Of a DNA stretch of 64,000 nt, positions 33,064 through 44,910 are shown in pieces. The first letter of the stretch is position 1, and every line of letters begins with the position of its first letter. The translations under genes were made by a program, and so were the position numbers. The stretch covers positions 868,001 to 932,000 of the forward strand of contig SMSO01000034.1 of the NCBI GenBank assembly GCA_004764695.1, read 5' to 3'. The stretch is from Schizochytrium sp. TIO01 (Eukaryota; Protista; Bigyra: Labyrinthulomycetes). Below the pieces are notes generated by a model. The model was given only the letters and a program-made list of their open reading frames with translations, made no database searches and was not told the origin of the DNA.

Positions 33064-36000
33064 CATAGAAGAAGATCTTGGAATGAGACCTACCCACCGA
33101 TGTGGTGTAGTCTTCAAGGATTACTCTCGGGAGCACATAGGTAGCACTTAATGCGGCGAAGATGGTCGTGTATGCCGCAGGGATGAGGGAGGAACAACGT
33201 CGCATTGAAAGCTGTTTCCAAAGCTTCCCTATATCTCAAATTCGCTTTGAGTGTGTTTCGTGAATGGTGGATTAGAGGTCTTATAAAAAAATGGAAAGAA
33301 AGAAGGGATACGGAAAGGAATGCTTTAAATAAATGAATGAGTTAAATTAGAAGCTCCACTGAAGAACTGTGACGTGGCTGTACGATTCGCCCTCCTTTCT
33401 TCAAGGATTGGGAGCGTCTGTCTCAATGAGTTGCTTAGTGGCCTTTTGCATGTCATGTTTGCATTGCTGTGTTACCGGTCGTAAAATTAGATTTCTAGCA
33501 GGAAACACAAGACAATGAGAACTGCTCTCGAGTCGACCTCTGATGCTTTAGCTCAAGTTTGACATTGTAGCTGACTGCTTTATATTAAGCACTAATCAGC
33601 ATACCGTTAATCAGTTTTGACCATTATGCGTGAACAACGCAGTATCGTCCGTTACGAAGAAACTTTTCGATAATGCATTCCCTGGCACGAATGGCCATCT
33701 CGTCTCGATTCTCGGTTCCTATGAAATGTAGGTACGTTAAGAGGCAGAGTCTCAGAATCGCGAGGTAAACTTTCGAGGTTGGAGTTCAACGCGTGGACGA
33801 AGTTTGTAGGCTCCATTCAGTTTGTAGGCTTCGAACTCGGCTTCGAACTCGAGCCCAATTTCGGCAAGGCTGTGGAATTTGTTTTGGAGTTGTAGTTTGC
33901 CACGTGAAAGCCCTTTGAGGCTTCACAATGAAGAACATATCTGCCGTGATTGTATCATTCTTATTGTACAAGCCTGATGCTTGTGTGCACAGGCTAGGTG
34001 TATTAAATCCCAAACGTGCTCGCTGGCCTCGAGGTTCGTTTCATGGCAGCTCTTTCATGGAAATGCCAAATGACTTCTCTGTGCCCTCGAAGCCGTCTGA
34101 GCACTTGAGAGAGAGATTGTATATCTTTGGTATTCCAAGTCATGTATTCTCTTTATATGAAAGGACAACGGTGGGCGAACGGGTGAATGACCCGAAAAGA
34201 ACGACTTGAGATTGCATTTCACCATAACTAACTTCTAAAACAACTGAAACAAACAGAGGAGCGGATGAATTGCCTCCGAAACTGAATATTATCTCCAACC
34301 ATCCTGTTCTGTTCGCATGAATGACTAATGTCTTGAGACTACATCCATCTTCGCGTGGGAGGAGGACGCCCAACTTCACCCCCCCAGCCAACCTCAGCGA
34401 ATTACCAACCTGGCTTCATCAAATTGCTCTCAATGGTCCCTCCGCGACGATGCTTTTCTTTGCCTTGACCTGCGTGGTTGCTGCTGCCGAGCCACGCATT
34501 GTGGTTGCAGCTCCACTCGCCGATCCATCATTACCATAATCATCATTATTATCATCATCGCGGGTGTGTGTGCATCACCTTGCTGAATTGCATTACATTG
34601 CGTGGCATTACATTGCTGCACTCAGAGCAGAGCAGAGGCTACTCCAGTTAATTCTATAACCGTGTGAAGAGGCTTGCTCACCTCTTTTGGTGGGTATGGG
34701 TATATTTGTTTGTTCTACTACTCAAGCTGTATTTGCAAAAGGCAAACTAGTATGACGAGCAGGAAACCCGCTCAGGCTGCTTCAATGCTTGCTTCAATGC
34801 TCGCTTGCTTGCTTGCTTGCTTGCTTACTTCTTCGCTTGATTTTGCTCCGTAACTAGAAGTTGCAATTGTTAGTTGTGAATGTAATTGCAAATATAAATT
34901 GTAAATGTATATTGTGAGTACAATCGCTCTTGTTGGTCATTGTTTCGAACCATCATGAATTGTGGTCGAAAAGTCAATCGTTCAGCCTTTTCTTCCTCTT
35001 ACTTAAGGTTCTCTTTCGTTTCGTTTCCCTCATTCATCATCAATTCACTGGGTACCAATCTGCAAAGTCTTTTTTTTTTTTTTTTTCAACTTTGGGTTCA
35101 TTCTTCAATCGCTATCAGCTTAGTAGCACCTACCTATGATCTAGTTACCGATTGTTGTGTTCAAAGTTAAAAGTTAATTTTATAAACCAAAATAAAAGAC
35201 TAACAATTATTTTCCTTCTTTTCAACATCGTAAGAACAATAATGATAGAAGAAAACGACTAAAACATTACTTTTAAGACACTGTTCCTGTTCCTCTTCGG
35301 ACTATTGGGAATCATTGCTGAGTGTTAGCAGCCTCTACCAATAATCCGTAATGAGTACGAACTGCTGTTTTACTTGGTCTCTGAGCCCGCTAGAGTAAAA
35401 ATAACTCCGGCAGAGAAGAGAAGAAAAGAGCTCGACCTTGACGGAGAGCAATTCTTAAGGGCAGAAGGCACCACTGGTTCAGACGAGGTCCTACTTCACA
35501 GTCGCGCTTTGGCACTCGCTTCGCTCAGCTTCTCTTTTTGTTTCCGTAGGCTGTTCTTTTGCTCTCTTCAGCGCTTTATTTTTATTTCTTTTCCTCTACA
35601 GGTATCTTCTATGTAGTAGGTAGGTAACCTATTTATTGGTAGGTAGTATGTTCCTTCAGTGACCTTCGATTACTGCCTGCCCTCAGTCTGCTACCACAGA
35701 CTATGGTGTCCACAGCATAACTTGTATCTACCCCGCGCCAGCCAGAGGAGCACGCATTCCTTTTCCGCAGCTCAGACTGACAGGCAGAAAGTAACTAACT
35801 AACAGTGGAACACAAACTCCACAAGTAGAGTATTGCAATTTATACAATGGAGAAAATAGGCAGCAAGTAGAGTATAGAGTCGGGAAGTCCGTGTATATTT
35901 ATTTGTATGTATCAGTACCTAGGTAGCACTCAGAGAGACAGACGGGCAGGCAGGCAGGCAGTAGCAACATACCAGGTATTTCTCTGCCCGCCTCGGGTCG

Positions 36001-36538
36001 CTAGCTAGCTAGCTGGCTCGGCGAAGCCAGTTTCGAGCCCCGGCGGCCCCAATCGCCTGTTTCCTCCGTCCTTGCACCTCAAGGATTCTGCTTCGACTGC
36101 CTGTGAATCTATCGCTTGGTTTATCCATCTGTCAAGCCATCCATCGGCAAGCTGCTTTCCCTTCTATCTTGCCGGCGCCAATATCTCGCCTCAATTTGCA
36201 CCCCGTGCCACGTGTGTGATAGGCTGCGGTAGTGTGGTTTCTGCTACGTATCTTCCCCTCAAGTACGTTTGCTCTTGTTTTCTCACTCACTTAACAGCGG
36301 TTGTAGTCGCGGCACTCACCCAGTTTCGACCAAATTTTGTCTGTGCGTGTAAGTTTATTCATTCCCCTGCGCCAACTTCGTGTTCGCAGCTCGTACTCAA
36401 CGTCCTGTGAGTTTGTTTAGCAAAGAAGAAGAGCGTCGCGAGGCTGAGATTCCCGACATCGCGAACCTGGCGTTCAGCATTTTCATCGACGTTTTTTTCT
36501 TAAAACCCATTTGATATCAAAACTGCTGCACAAGAACG

Positions 36539-37831
36539 ATGTTTCGCAAGAATTCTGATGATCGTGCCAGATGCATTGCCGAGAGCAGTGCCAATAAAAG
36601 TGTGAGAGCCTATTCCGGGGGGAATGTCGCAGAGCGAAGTGCTCAGGAGTATGTATCCGGCGTGACTGGTAGCGTGCAACGCGATGACAGTGAACGTGCA
36701 CATGATCTTGGATCTTCCGTAGAGTTTTATCATCGTAGTCATCGTGAGGGATCCCGGAAAAGGGCTCGGCGATGGCCGTGGACTTCTGTGCAGCAAAATG
36801 AGCACTTTGCTTCAGCCATGGCGGGCGCAGGATCTGGAATCTTGGGTGCACTGGCGGTAGCGCCTTTTGATGTTGTCAAAGCACGCATGCAGGTCCAAGG
36901 AGCTCGGAGACAACATTTGGTAGCACTTGCTGAATCTGCACAAGGTGAGAAAAGCAGAAACGCACGGGCAGAGCTCCAAGGTTCTGTACGGCACTACACG
37001 GGAACGCTGAATGCATTTAAGCAGATCTTCAAGCAAGAGGGTGTACCGGGACTCTTTCGAGGACTTCCGTCGACAATCATGGGCTATGTCCCGTCGTGGT
37101 CAATATATTTTTCCACATATGGTTACCTTAAAGACCGGTTTTTGACTTTATATGGGGAGGAACACGCCATGCTCAATACCATCTCCAGCGCGGTCGTAGC
37201 CGGGGCCACTACGAATTTATGTACAAACCCGTTTTGGGTCGTGCGTACTCGTCTGCAGGTGCAAGAACATGTGAATTGCAAACCTGAATATAATGGAACG
37301 TTCCATGCCTTTGGCAAAATCTATCGCACTGAGGGGTTGCAGGCCTTTTATAAGGGCCTGAGCGCCTCCATGCTTGGCCTCTCACATGTTGCTGTGCAGT
37401 TTCCGCTCTACGAGTATCTAAAGGTGAAGTTTGGCTCCTCATCCTATGTTCTCGAGAGATCCAACAGCAATTGGTCCCACGTTGCGGTCCTTATCGCTGC
37501 CTCCACGCTTTCAAAGCTCGTTGCAACTACAGTTACATATCCACATGATATTGCGCGTGCTCGTCTCCATGTCGAAGTTGCCATGGGTGTTGAGCCTACC
37601 CAGGCTTCTCGTCGCGGACTCATGCGTGTTCACGTCTTTCGGGTTATTAGAAACATCATAGAGAAAGAGGGATTTTTGGGTCTCTACCAGGGCTTGGGGA
37701 CCCAGATCCTGCGCACGACTCCGGCGTGTGCAATCACATTTCTCTCGTATGAACTGCTGTTCAACTACTTGCAAAATGGATTCCTGGACTGGGATGATCT
37801 TCTCGACGATGGTTCTGATAACTCAGAATAA
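36539..37831 (+). CDS. Mitochondrial carrier (SLC25), NAD+ transporter NDT1/2-like or folate/FAD-carrier subfamily
   Basis: Three carrier repeats: PFDVVKARMQ, NPFWVVRTRLQ (the Trp variant of this subfamily) and YPHDIARARL. Also FYKGLSASMLGLSHVAVQFPLYE. Confidence 0.9.
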   Translation: MFRKNSDDRARCIAESSANKSVRAYSGGNVAERSAQEYVSGVTGSVQRDDSERAHDLGSSVEFYHRSHREGSRKRARRWPWTSVQQNEHFASAMAGAGSGILGALAVAPFDVVKARMQVQGARRQHLVALAESAQGEKSRNARAELQGSVRHYTGTLNAFKQIFKQEGVPGLFRGLPSTIMGYVPSWSIYFSTYGYLKDRFLTLYGEEHAMLNTISSAVVAGATTNLCTNPFWVVRTRLQVQEHVNCKPEYNGTFHAFGKIYRTEGLQAFYKGLSASMLGLSHVAVQFPLYEYLKVKFGSSSYVLERSNSNWSHVAVLIAASTLSKLVATTVTYPHDIARARLHVEVAMGVEPTQASRRGLMRVHVFRVIRNIIEKEGFLGLYQGLGTQILRTTPACAITFLSYELLFNYLQNGFLDWDDLLDDGSDNSE

Positions 37832-38629
37832 TATTTTATTCATAATGAGAACCTCGTCTATGATGGCCACCGGAACTAGACCGTTCTGTGAGAGATGCCA
37901 GCGCCTGTCTTGTGTCTTTACAGCTGTGGCTTTCACTTTCCAAGCTACCCTGTTATTGGCGCTCTCTCTTCTATTGTTGCTTTCCTTTTAGTGTATTTTC
38001 GGTCAATCTTTCAACCTTACTTGTCTTTCTCAGTTGCGTCTTCTCTCCTAATGCCGATGTGCCATAGTCTTTCACGAAGGTAATTGAAGAAGAAACGCAA
38101 AGAAAAAAATAGACAACTACGGAAGAAACGCCAACAAAAATCTTTTTAAAGCGCGTATTACGTAAGCATGTTAAGCTGCTAACAAGGAAGTCTGCCCTAA
38201 GTAACCTGCTTTAACTCTTACCAAGCAGAAGGTATTAACTCTCGCTTCCCAACCACGACTCCCCTCTTCCTTTGGGTGTAGAAGTTGAAAGGGGCATGGA
38301 AAAGGGCTCATGCATATGTGGGTATGTGTAGTATAGGTAGACAGGCTGAATTGACTTGCCATTTTTGAGGACTCCATGTCCTTTGTATGTCCTTTCTTCG
38401 TACATAAATTCATCTGTCGCTATCACAACTTATCATTTTTAACCTTTTGGTCCTTGTATATTTGTAATAAGTAACAAGCAACTACTCGAAACAGAAAAAA
38501 CAAAAACAAAAAAAAACCTATGTCATACTTTTAAGATCTCCAGTCTTGTGTATATATCTTGAAATCGTTAGAGCCTGTGGTGCTGCGGCCCTTTCATAAA
38601 TTTACTTCACAAACTCGCAGAATCTGCCT

Positions 38630-40360
38630 CTAAAAGTGTGCACTCAATTTACCCAATTCTTCTTTTGCAGTATTTTCATCTACTTGTTTGTGGAAAATAT
38701 TTGAACTAAGTTCCTCGTATGTGCCGCACACACCAATGTCATCTTGCTCCCCCAAATTAGTAGTAGCATCAACAAAGAGTTTCTCATCTGTACTGAGACT
38801 CCCGTCGCTAAGATAGCTCTCTTCATCTTCGCTGTTCGTAAAAGTATCGAAGTCAAGGTCGCTTTCACTACCTGAACATGCCTCTTTCATGTCGCAATCT
38901 TCATCGCGACTTGTATAGGCATCTCTTGATTTATTTTGAAAACCTTGTCCTTCATTAACTTGAGTATATGGTACATTTTTCATTATCCAGAATGAATTTG
39001 GCATCAGAATTGAAATTGAGTAGCCAACACTAATTGCAAGGCTTGCAAAGAGGGAGAAGAGAATAGGAAAGAATGTCAAAAAAGCGATCGTAAATCTTGC
39101 CCATGATGAACTCCAGCCGAAATATACAAGCGTGACTTTGTTTATTTTAATGGCCATTTTGCGTGCTTTTGCAACATCTGAAGTTTGGCTTCGCCGTCTA
39201 GGAATTGATTCAAGTCCACAGAATATATACGGAATTACGAACAACCCCAGTGCAAGGAAAACCCAGTATTCTGGAATTGAACCATCGTGAGCCATGAGCA
39301 AGAGAAACACAGCAGAAACAAATGCGTCTGACTTCCATTCGATATATTCTGGCTGAAGTACACTTGATGAAAATACCTGTTGTACTACCCAATTAATTCC
39401 TTCAGAGCTGTTTCTTAACAGTGGTAGATTCCCGTACCATCGAGTTTGTAGTAGTAATGCGACGCCAGCCATACTACAGCGGAAGATGAGTGGTACTGTA
39501 TCAAATTCCCACGCTACTAAAAAGAGTAAGTTAACAAGCTTAGCATAAGCCTTATGAGCTTCAAAAGCGGATTTAATTTGCCCTTTAAGAAGTAACAGCA
39601 CTGCCAAACTTTCCACATTGTCTTCAAGTAAAAGAACTAGAGCGTGCTTCCTTGATAAGCTCAATAGTGTTTGTGAGGCTGGTGATCGTGGCTCTTCTTC
39701 TTTTTTACCAGTTGCAAACTTCGAACTCCATGAATTGCTATCCAGGGATGCTGGAGTTGGCATTGAGCAGAATGAAGATGATTCATGATGCTGTGAACAA
39801 TCTCTGTCATGTTTCCATCGCTCTGCGCATGTCGCGTTCATTACTCTATAGACTGCGGCTTGCCACTCTATGTAAGTTTTACTGGGTATTTGCACCGTCC
39901 ATGAGCAAAGCCTCGGATCTGTGCGAGCAAGTTGGTACATTGCTTCGCGACTAAACTGGCGTACCGAACTCGCACTAAGTGCTAGCATGTTTTCTTTCTC
40001 TCGTTCACTTGAAGATGCCCAAAAATCAAGCATACGTGTGTTTCCGTCCACTAAGCTGACCATTCCTCCCTGTGCAAACTCCGATTCTGGGAATGGCTGA
40101 AAGCCCACACGCTCCTGAACCCATGCGGATAGCGCGTCGTTTTTCCAGCTTGGTTTCTTCTTTGCGAGAGTTGAGTCATTCCTAGATGACGATCCATTTG
40201 AAGACGATGATGAATCAGAGCTCGAACCCAGACTTGATGTGGAGAACGGAGACGAGGATTCTTTCATAAATGTAAAAGATGACGAAGGCACTGTTGTAGT
40301 TGGTGATGCGTAGGATCTCTTGAGTCGGCGAGTCTTCATTCTCGGTGACAAAACAGCCAT
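38630..40360 (-). CDS. Hypothetical multi-pass membrane protein (576 aa)
   Basis: Long ORF with a Ser-rich N-terminus, several hydrophobic stretches (e.g. YWVFLALGLFVIPYIFCGL; FTIAFLTFFPILFSLFASLAISVG) and an acidic C-terminal tail. Confidence 0.7.
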   Translation of the reverse strand: MAVLSPRMKTRRLKRSYASPTTTVPSSSFTFMKESSSPFSTSSLGSSSDSSSSSNGSSSRNDSTLAKKKPSWKNDALSAWVQERVGFQPFPESEFAQGGMVSLVDGNTRMLDFWASSSEREKENMLALSASSVRQFSREAMYQLARTDPRLCSWTVQIPSKTYIEWQAAVYRVMNATCAERWKHDRDCSQHHESSSFCSMPTPASLDSNSWSSKFATGKKEEEPRSPASQTLLSLSRKHALVLLLEDNVESLAVLLLLKGQIKSAFEAHKAYAKLVNLLFLVAWEFDTVPLIFRCSMAGVALLLQTRWYGNLPLLRNSSEGINWVVQQVFSSSVLQPEYIEWKSDAFVSAVFLLLMAHDGSIPEYWVFLALGLFVIPYIFCGLESIPRRRSQTSDVAKARKMAIKINKVTLVYFGWSSSWARFTIAFLTFFPILFSLFASLAISVGYSISILMPNSFWIMKNVPYTQVNEGQGFQNKSRDAYTSRDEDCDMKEACSGSESDLDFDTFTNSEDEESYLSDGSLSTDEKLFVDATTNLGEQDDIGVCGTYEELSSNIFHKQVDENTAKEELGKLSAHF

Positions 40361-42129
40361 CCTTGCCGCGCGAGGAGAATGTAGTCCTCGCTCACGCGGC
40401 TGACCTTCTAAACTTCGCGGGGGCAGTTTCTCAGGCCTGGCACTTATTTTTCAACTGTGTATGGCCTCTATTCTCCAAAGTTCGCACGGTGGCTGCCACA
40501 GCAGACTTAAGATTCAACAAAGCTCTGATCTGCTTAACCCTGGCTACTGTCTGGTTTTCTGAAACACATAAAAAAGGTCTTAAACCGTCGCGAGGTATTA
40601 CTATAATCTCAGGAAAGTCGTCCCCTATTATTACCTTTCTTTGCGTCTGTTGCTCCTCCATGCAACAACAAAGGTCGAGGGAGTTCCTCCTCGGATGTGA
40701 TCCTCGCACTCGTCTTTGCCGCGCTTTCTGCCGTCAGCTTGATCTTCCCTCGCAACTTAATCCGTTTGCGTCGCAATTTTTCGGCTTCTGCGAAGACCTC
40801 AAGACCGTGGTGAAACTTGTAGCTTCGTCTTTCACCGGCAAGAATCGAGTCCGATGAGCCTGCTATGCAAGCTTCTTCCCCACAATACACCCAGGAGCTC
40901 TTTCCACAGGCACGCTACGCAATATATACGCACAGCCCGTTTGAATTCCACCGGGGCTCACTCTCGTGACGCTCGGATCGAATCTGCTTTCGTTCAAGAT
41001 AAATGATTGATTGCCGATCGAGGAATTACTCCTCTTTCACAGATTTTCACTCAATGCCACCCTCCTATCACCCCTCTAATAAGTGCTACTGATCCTACTT
41101 CTACCAGTTGCCTAAAACTACCTAACACTTGTCGGTACTATTAATGAGTAATGAAAACTATAGGAGTGACTCGCTTTCGGGTCCCATGTGTTCAGGGGCA
41201 CAGGGTTCTATATGCAGATATGGGTAAACTCATAGGAGTCGTGCGGGTCTTTCAAAGTGCTTGGTCTCTTTTTTTGGTCGATTTGGGTACATATAAGAAA
41301 AGACCATAGTAGTACAAGTTGTTTCTGGTAGGTAGCTCAATCTCGGGGCCATGACGCATGAAAGCAGAGCCTGGAAACGAGAGATAATCAAGAGACACAA
41401 AAGAATGCATGCAGATGAACCTGCTTCGCGAAATATCTTCGTGGCATTGTGGTTCGTAAAAACTTGGGTTTTCCCCTCTGAACATACTACAGTAATTAGT
41501 TTCTATTTTATAAAAGTGGTATTTTGTGGCAACGAACTCGTGGATCTCTGTGCAGTGAACAGTAAAAATGGCCAGCATGTTGATAAAAGTAGGCTGGCCC
41601 AAGAATATGGCGGATTCCTAAATGAAACTCTCTTAAGAAGTACAGTGCGTGTGTTATGAATGAAGTTGTGGTGATATAGAATCTGGGAGGGACGGTTTTA
41701 TTCCTATCTGAACGATCCCTGCGTTATTTAGCAAACTCGAGCACATGAGTCGTACATAGCCGGGGCTATCAACTTAGTTTGCAAGTGGTTCAACTGAAGA
41801 GTAAAATACTAAAATATGGAAAAATGTGAAATATAAACTGAGTACTTAATTGTGGAGAGTGAAATAATGTGTATAAAATGAGTGGTGATCGTCGTCTTGT
41901 CAGTGGAGGTCTTTTGTATCAAAAGTGAAAACAAGTCAAATTCGTGCTTTTTTGTGCTAGACACGTCTTCTTCTTCTTCACCACTAAAATAATAGGAATA
42001 ACTACGAACGTGCGTGCTACAGAGGATTGTCGAAGTGACAAAGTTGTTTTAAGAAAAAAGAAAGAAACATAGGAAGTGACTATTTCGTCTGGCTCCTCTT
42101 GGAGAAGCGCAATGCCTCAAGCAAATACT

Positions 42130-43770
42130 CTACAAATAAACATTCTGGGGAGCAGCCTGTTCCATAAAAGAAATCGGAGAAGATTCAAAAGTTCTATCCA
42201 TGGACTCAGGGCTTGCTGACCATGGTGAAGATGGTCCAAACTGATTGTGCCCAAAAGATTCCAAAGTTGGGCCATTTAACACTGGCGGCAGGTATGGAGC
42301 GCTCTCATGGGATTGTTTTTGGTGTTTGATTGGTACCTGCGTACTGCAGACATTGGGTTGGTGCTGTTGTTCCTTTTGCTGTAAGAAGCTTAGGATATGC
42401 GGGGAGGACGACGTAATATTTGAGGGCTCAAAGTTGTCGAATGAAGCCGAGGACGGGATGCTACCCTTTTCGAAGTCGATGCTCTCGCGAAAGCGGTATG
42501 CAAGCTCTTCTTCATCATTGCGGGAAAATGCATCTTCATCACCTTCCTCGTGAGGCCAAATGAAGTCACTAGAGTTCGAGTGCATACGGCCAAACCCAGG
42601 TGCACGAGGTTGAAAGAAGGTACCTTGTTGCTCTTGCAGAGGCTGTCCACTCACATCAAGAAAATCTGACGGAAGCTTAAGTGAGTCGTCGGCAAAGTCA
42701 ATGCAAAATCCACAAGGTGTCGCGTTTTGCATAAGGGGGTTAGATGAACACGTGCAGTTCATGAATTCCAGAGAACTCTGACTCAAGCTCGACAATGATG
42801 AGTGGCGACGTGAGTGATACTCCATGTACGGGCCATTGGTATAGTACTGAGAGTCAATGGAACCAGAGCGCATGAACATGCCACCTTCCCCGCCTTGTCG
42901 CTGAAGTTGGTGTTGATGTTGTTGCTGCTGCTGGTGGTACTGCTGCTGCCTAATCATGGTTGGGGGATAAGCAGATGCAGACATCGATGAAGAAGAGACC
43001 GACGAAGCAAAAGAGCCATAGGAAGGCATCGACGAGGAAGAGGCTACTGAGCAAGCTGAGGACAGTGAATGCGCAAAAGACCCAAAACAGTTTTCATCTC
43101 CAAAACCTCGGTTATGAAGAGAGTGAGAGGTAACGTCGTCAATTTCAAGTGAGAGCGGCTCTCCTACATGGGTTACCATATGAGATTTCATAGGAATGGG
43201 AGCAGCAATGGTAGTTCGGCTTTCACGGTCTGCCCAACATACCCCTTCAGGAAGTGCACGCTGTGGTTGTTGTTGTGGCTTTTGCTGCTGTCGCGAATTA
43301 TGGTAATGAACATCTTTAGAAGAACTTGTAGTTGTATCTTCATGTTCCAGGGTGAACTCCGGAGGGCATTCGGCTTCAGGACCTACATGAACCGAGCTGG
43401 TGTTACTTGAAGTAGAGTCCTTGCGGCGACGGGTTTCAGAGTTTGAAGAGGAAGATGATGAAGCAGGATTGATAGGTGCTGCGACGGGCTTGCCTTTGAG
43501 GCGACCCTCGAGCTGGCGACGACGAATATCATTCCACTTTTCGAGCTCACCAACACCATGCGCGAACTGGCATTTTTCGCTGTACGGGCATTTGCCTTCA
43601 CGAACCCAATTACGGCACATCTTGGCCTTGTACCTCGGATTGTGGATAGGGCCTGTAGTCTTCTTGCGACATCTTTGGTCATCTTTTAAGTCAACGCTGC
43701 TGCCACAACAACTGTCACCGCTGCAGCAGCTGCTGACGCTGCTGGTGCTGTTTTCGCGATCACCTGCCAT
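42130..43770 (-). CDS. TIS11/ZFP36-like CCCH zinc-finger RNA-binding protein (single finger)
   Basis: RYKAKMCRNWVREGKCPYSEKCQFAHGVGEL is a YKTxxC-type lead-in plus C-x8-C-x5-C-x3-H. The remainder is Ser/Gln-rich low complexity. Confidence 0.85.
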   Translation of the reverse strand: MAGDRENSTSSVSSCCSGDSCCGSSVDLKDDQRCRKKTTGPIHNPRYKAKMCRNWVREGKCPYSEKCQFAHGVGELEKWNDIRRRQLEGRLKGKPVAAPINPASSSSSSNSETRRRKDSTSSNTSSVHVGPEAECPPEFTLEHEDTTTSSSKDVHYHNSRQQQKPQQQPQRALPEGVCWADRESRTTIAAPIPMKSHMVTHVGEPLSLEIDDVTSHSLHNRGFGDENCFGSFAHSLSSACSVASSSSMPSYGSFASSVSSSSMSASAYPPTMIRQQQYHQQQQQHQHQLQRQGGEGGMFMRSGSIDSQYYTNGPYMEYHSRRHSSLSSLSQSSLEFMNCTCSSNPLMQNATPCGFCIDFADDSLKLPSDFLDVSGQPLQEQQGTFFQPRAPGFGRMHSNSSDFIWPHEEGDEDAFSRNDEEELAYRFRESIDFEKGSIPSSASFDNFEPSNITSSSPHILSFLQQKEQQHQPNVCSTQVPIKHQKQSHESAPYLPPVLNGPTLESFGHNQFGPSSPWSASPESMDRTFESSPISFMEQAAPQNVYL

Positions 43771-44399
43771 GATCTTGAGGTGTATTAAACTACAAGGCTA
43801 CTATCAGGAAGGATGTATATGCTCTTCTTCTTGAGAATTGCCGAGCTATTGCAAATCTGGAGACAGTTTTGCAGATGAACTCTATGATATTTTTATTTTT
43901 TTTCTTCAGGCTGACCGACCTGACCTGCTACCTTTACAGCCCAATATTTTGGTATTTGCGTATCTGTGTTTGCACCTTGGGAGGTTTACCAAAGTAAAGG
44001 CCAAGTGCAGGCAGAGTTCGAGCCTTTTGTCACCTTGAGGGATTCTTGGGAGAGAAGGGGGGCGGGGGGTTGGGTTGTCACAATACCTTTGGTTGTATGC
44101 GGACTTCTAGCCCAAAGTTGTGCCAACACTTGCTTGCAATCGCAAGGATGGCCGAATCAGTGCGTGCAAGAAAGAACGGATGTCCGCCTCGACGACTCTG
44201 GCTGCTGGGAGCTTGGCCTCTTTTAAAGAAAATGCAAGTCAAGCCAATCTGTGTCGGTAGTTCCCGTGCTGTCTTCTTTCGAGGCCCAAGGACTCGTCGC
44301 TGGCGAGCTCGAGTTGTAGGCAGGTAGGTGGGCAGTCTTATCGTGAGCTCAACAAAAGTCAGAGAAAGAGAGATAGAACAATTGCTGCAAATGAAAAAA

Positions 44400-44877
44400 A
44401 TGAAAAAGAAGCAAAAACAAACAAAGAAACAAAGAAACAAAGAAACAAAGAAAGCCTTCTGTCAAAACGCTTCTGTGAACAATGCTGTCGCTGAGCTTGT
44501 TGCTTCGCAAGCTCCTTAACCTCCTCTCTCTCCGCGTTTGTGTTCGCCTCCAAGGTCACCAAGCTCCTTCTTGGTCTGCCCTCTTCTGATCAGCTCGCTT
44601 CGTTGCTGGTTTGCTTGCGGTTGCCAGGACCGAAGGAATCCAGATACTCAATGAAAAAAAAAACTTTTACTCTCGAGGCGAAAGCAGTTCTTCCTCCTCC
44701 TTTCCCGTAGTAAAGTAGAGCCTATAAAGCCCTTTCCTTCTCTTCTTTTTCTTCTTTAACGTAACAAAGCAAATGCAAAAACAAAAACAGAAACAGAAAC
44801 AAAAACAAAAAGAAGAAGAAGAAGAAGAAGAAGAAGAAGAGAGCGAGCTCTTTTACTATGTATGTATGGACCGCCTC

Positions 44878-44910
<33 letters not shown>

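Noticed and set aside
33800-33856. GGCTTCGAACTC repeats as a tRNA T-loop/B-box
   Set aside because: Short tandem duplications; no cloverleaf or A-box could be built.
40345-40890. ORFs of 92-170 aa upstream of the membrane protein
   Set aside because: Mutually overlapping on both strands, mostly non-ATG starts, no motifs; probably UTR/promoter.
41700-42130. AU-rich element autoregulation in the CCCH gene 3'UTR
   Set aside because: No clustered UAUUUAU motifs seen on the minus strand.
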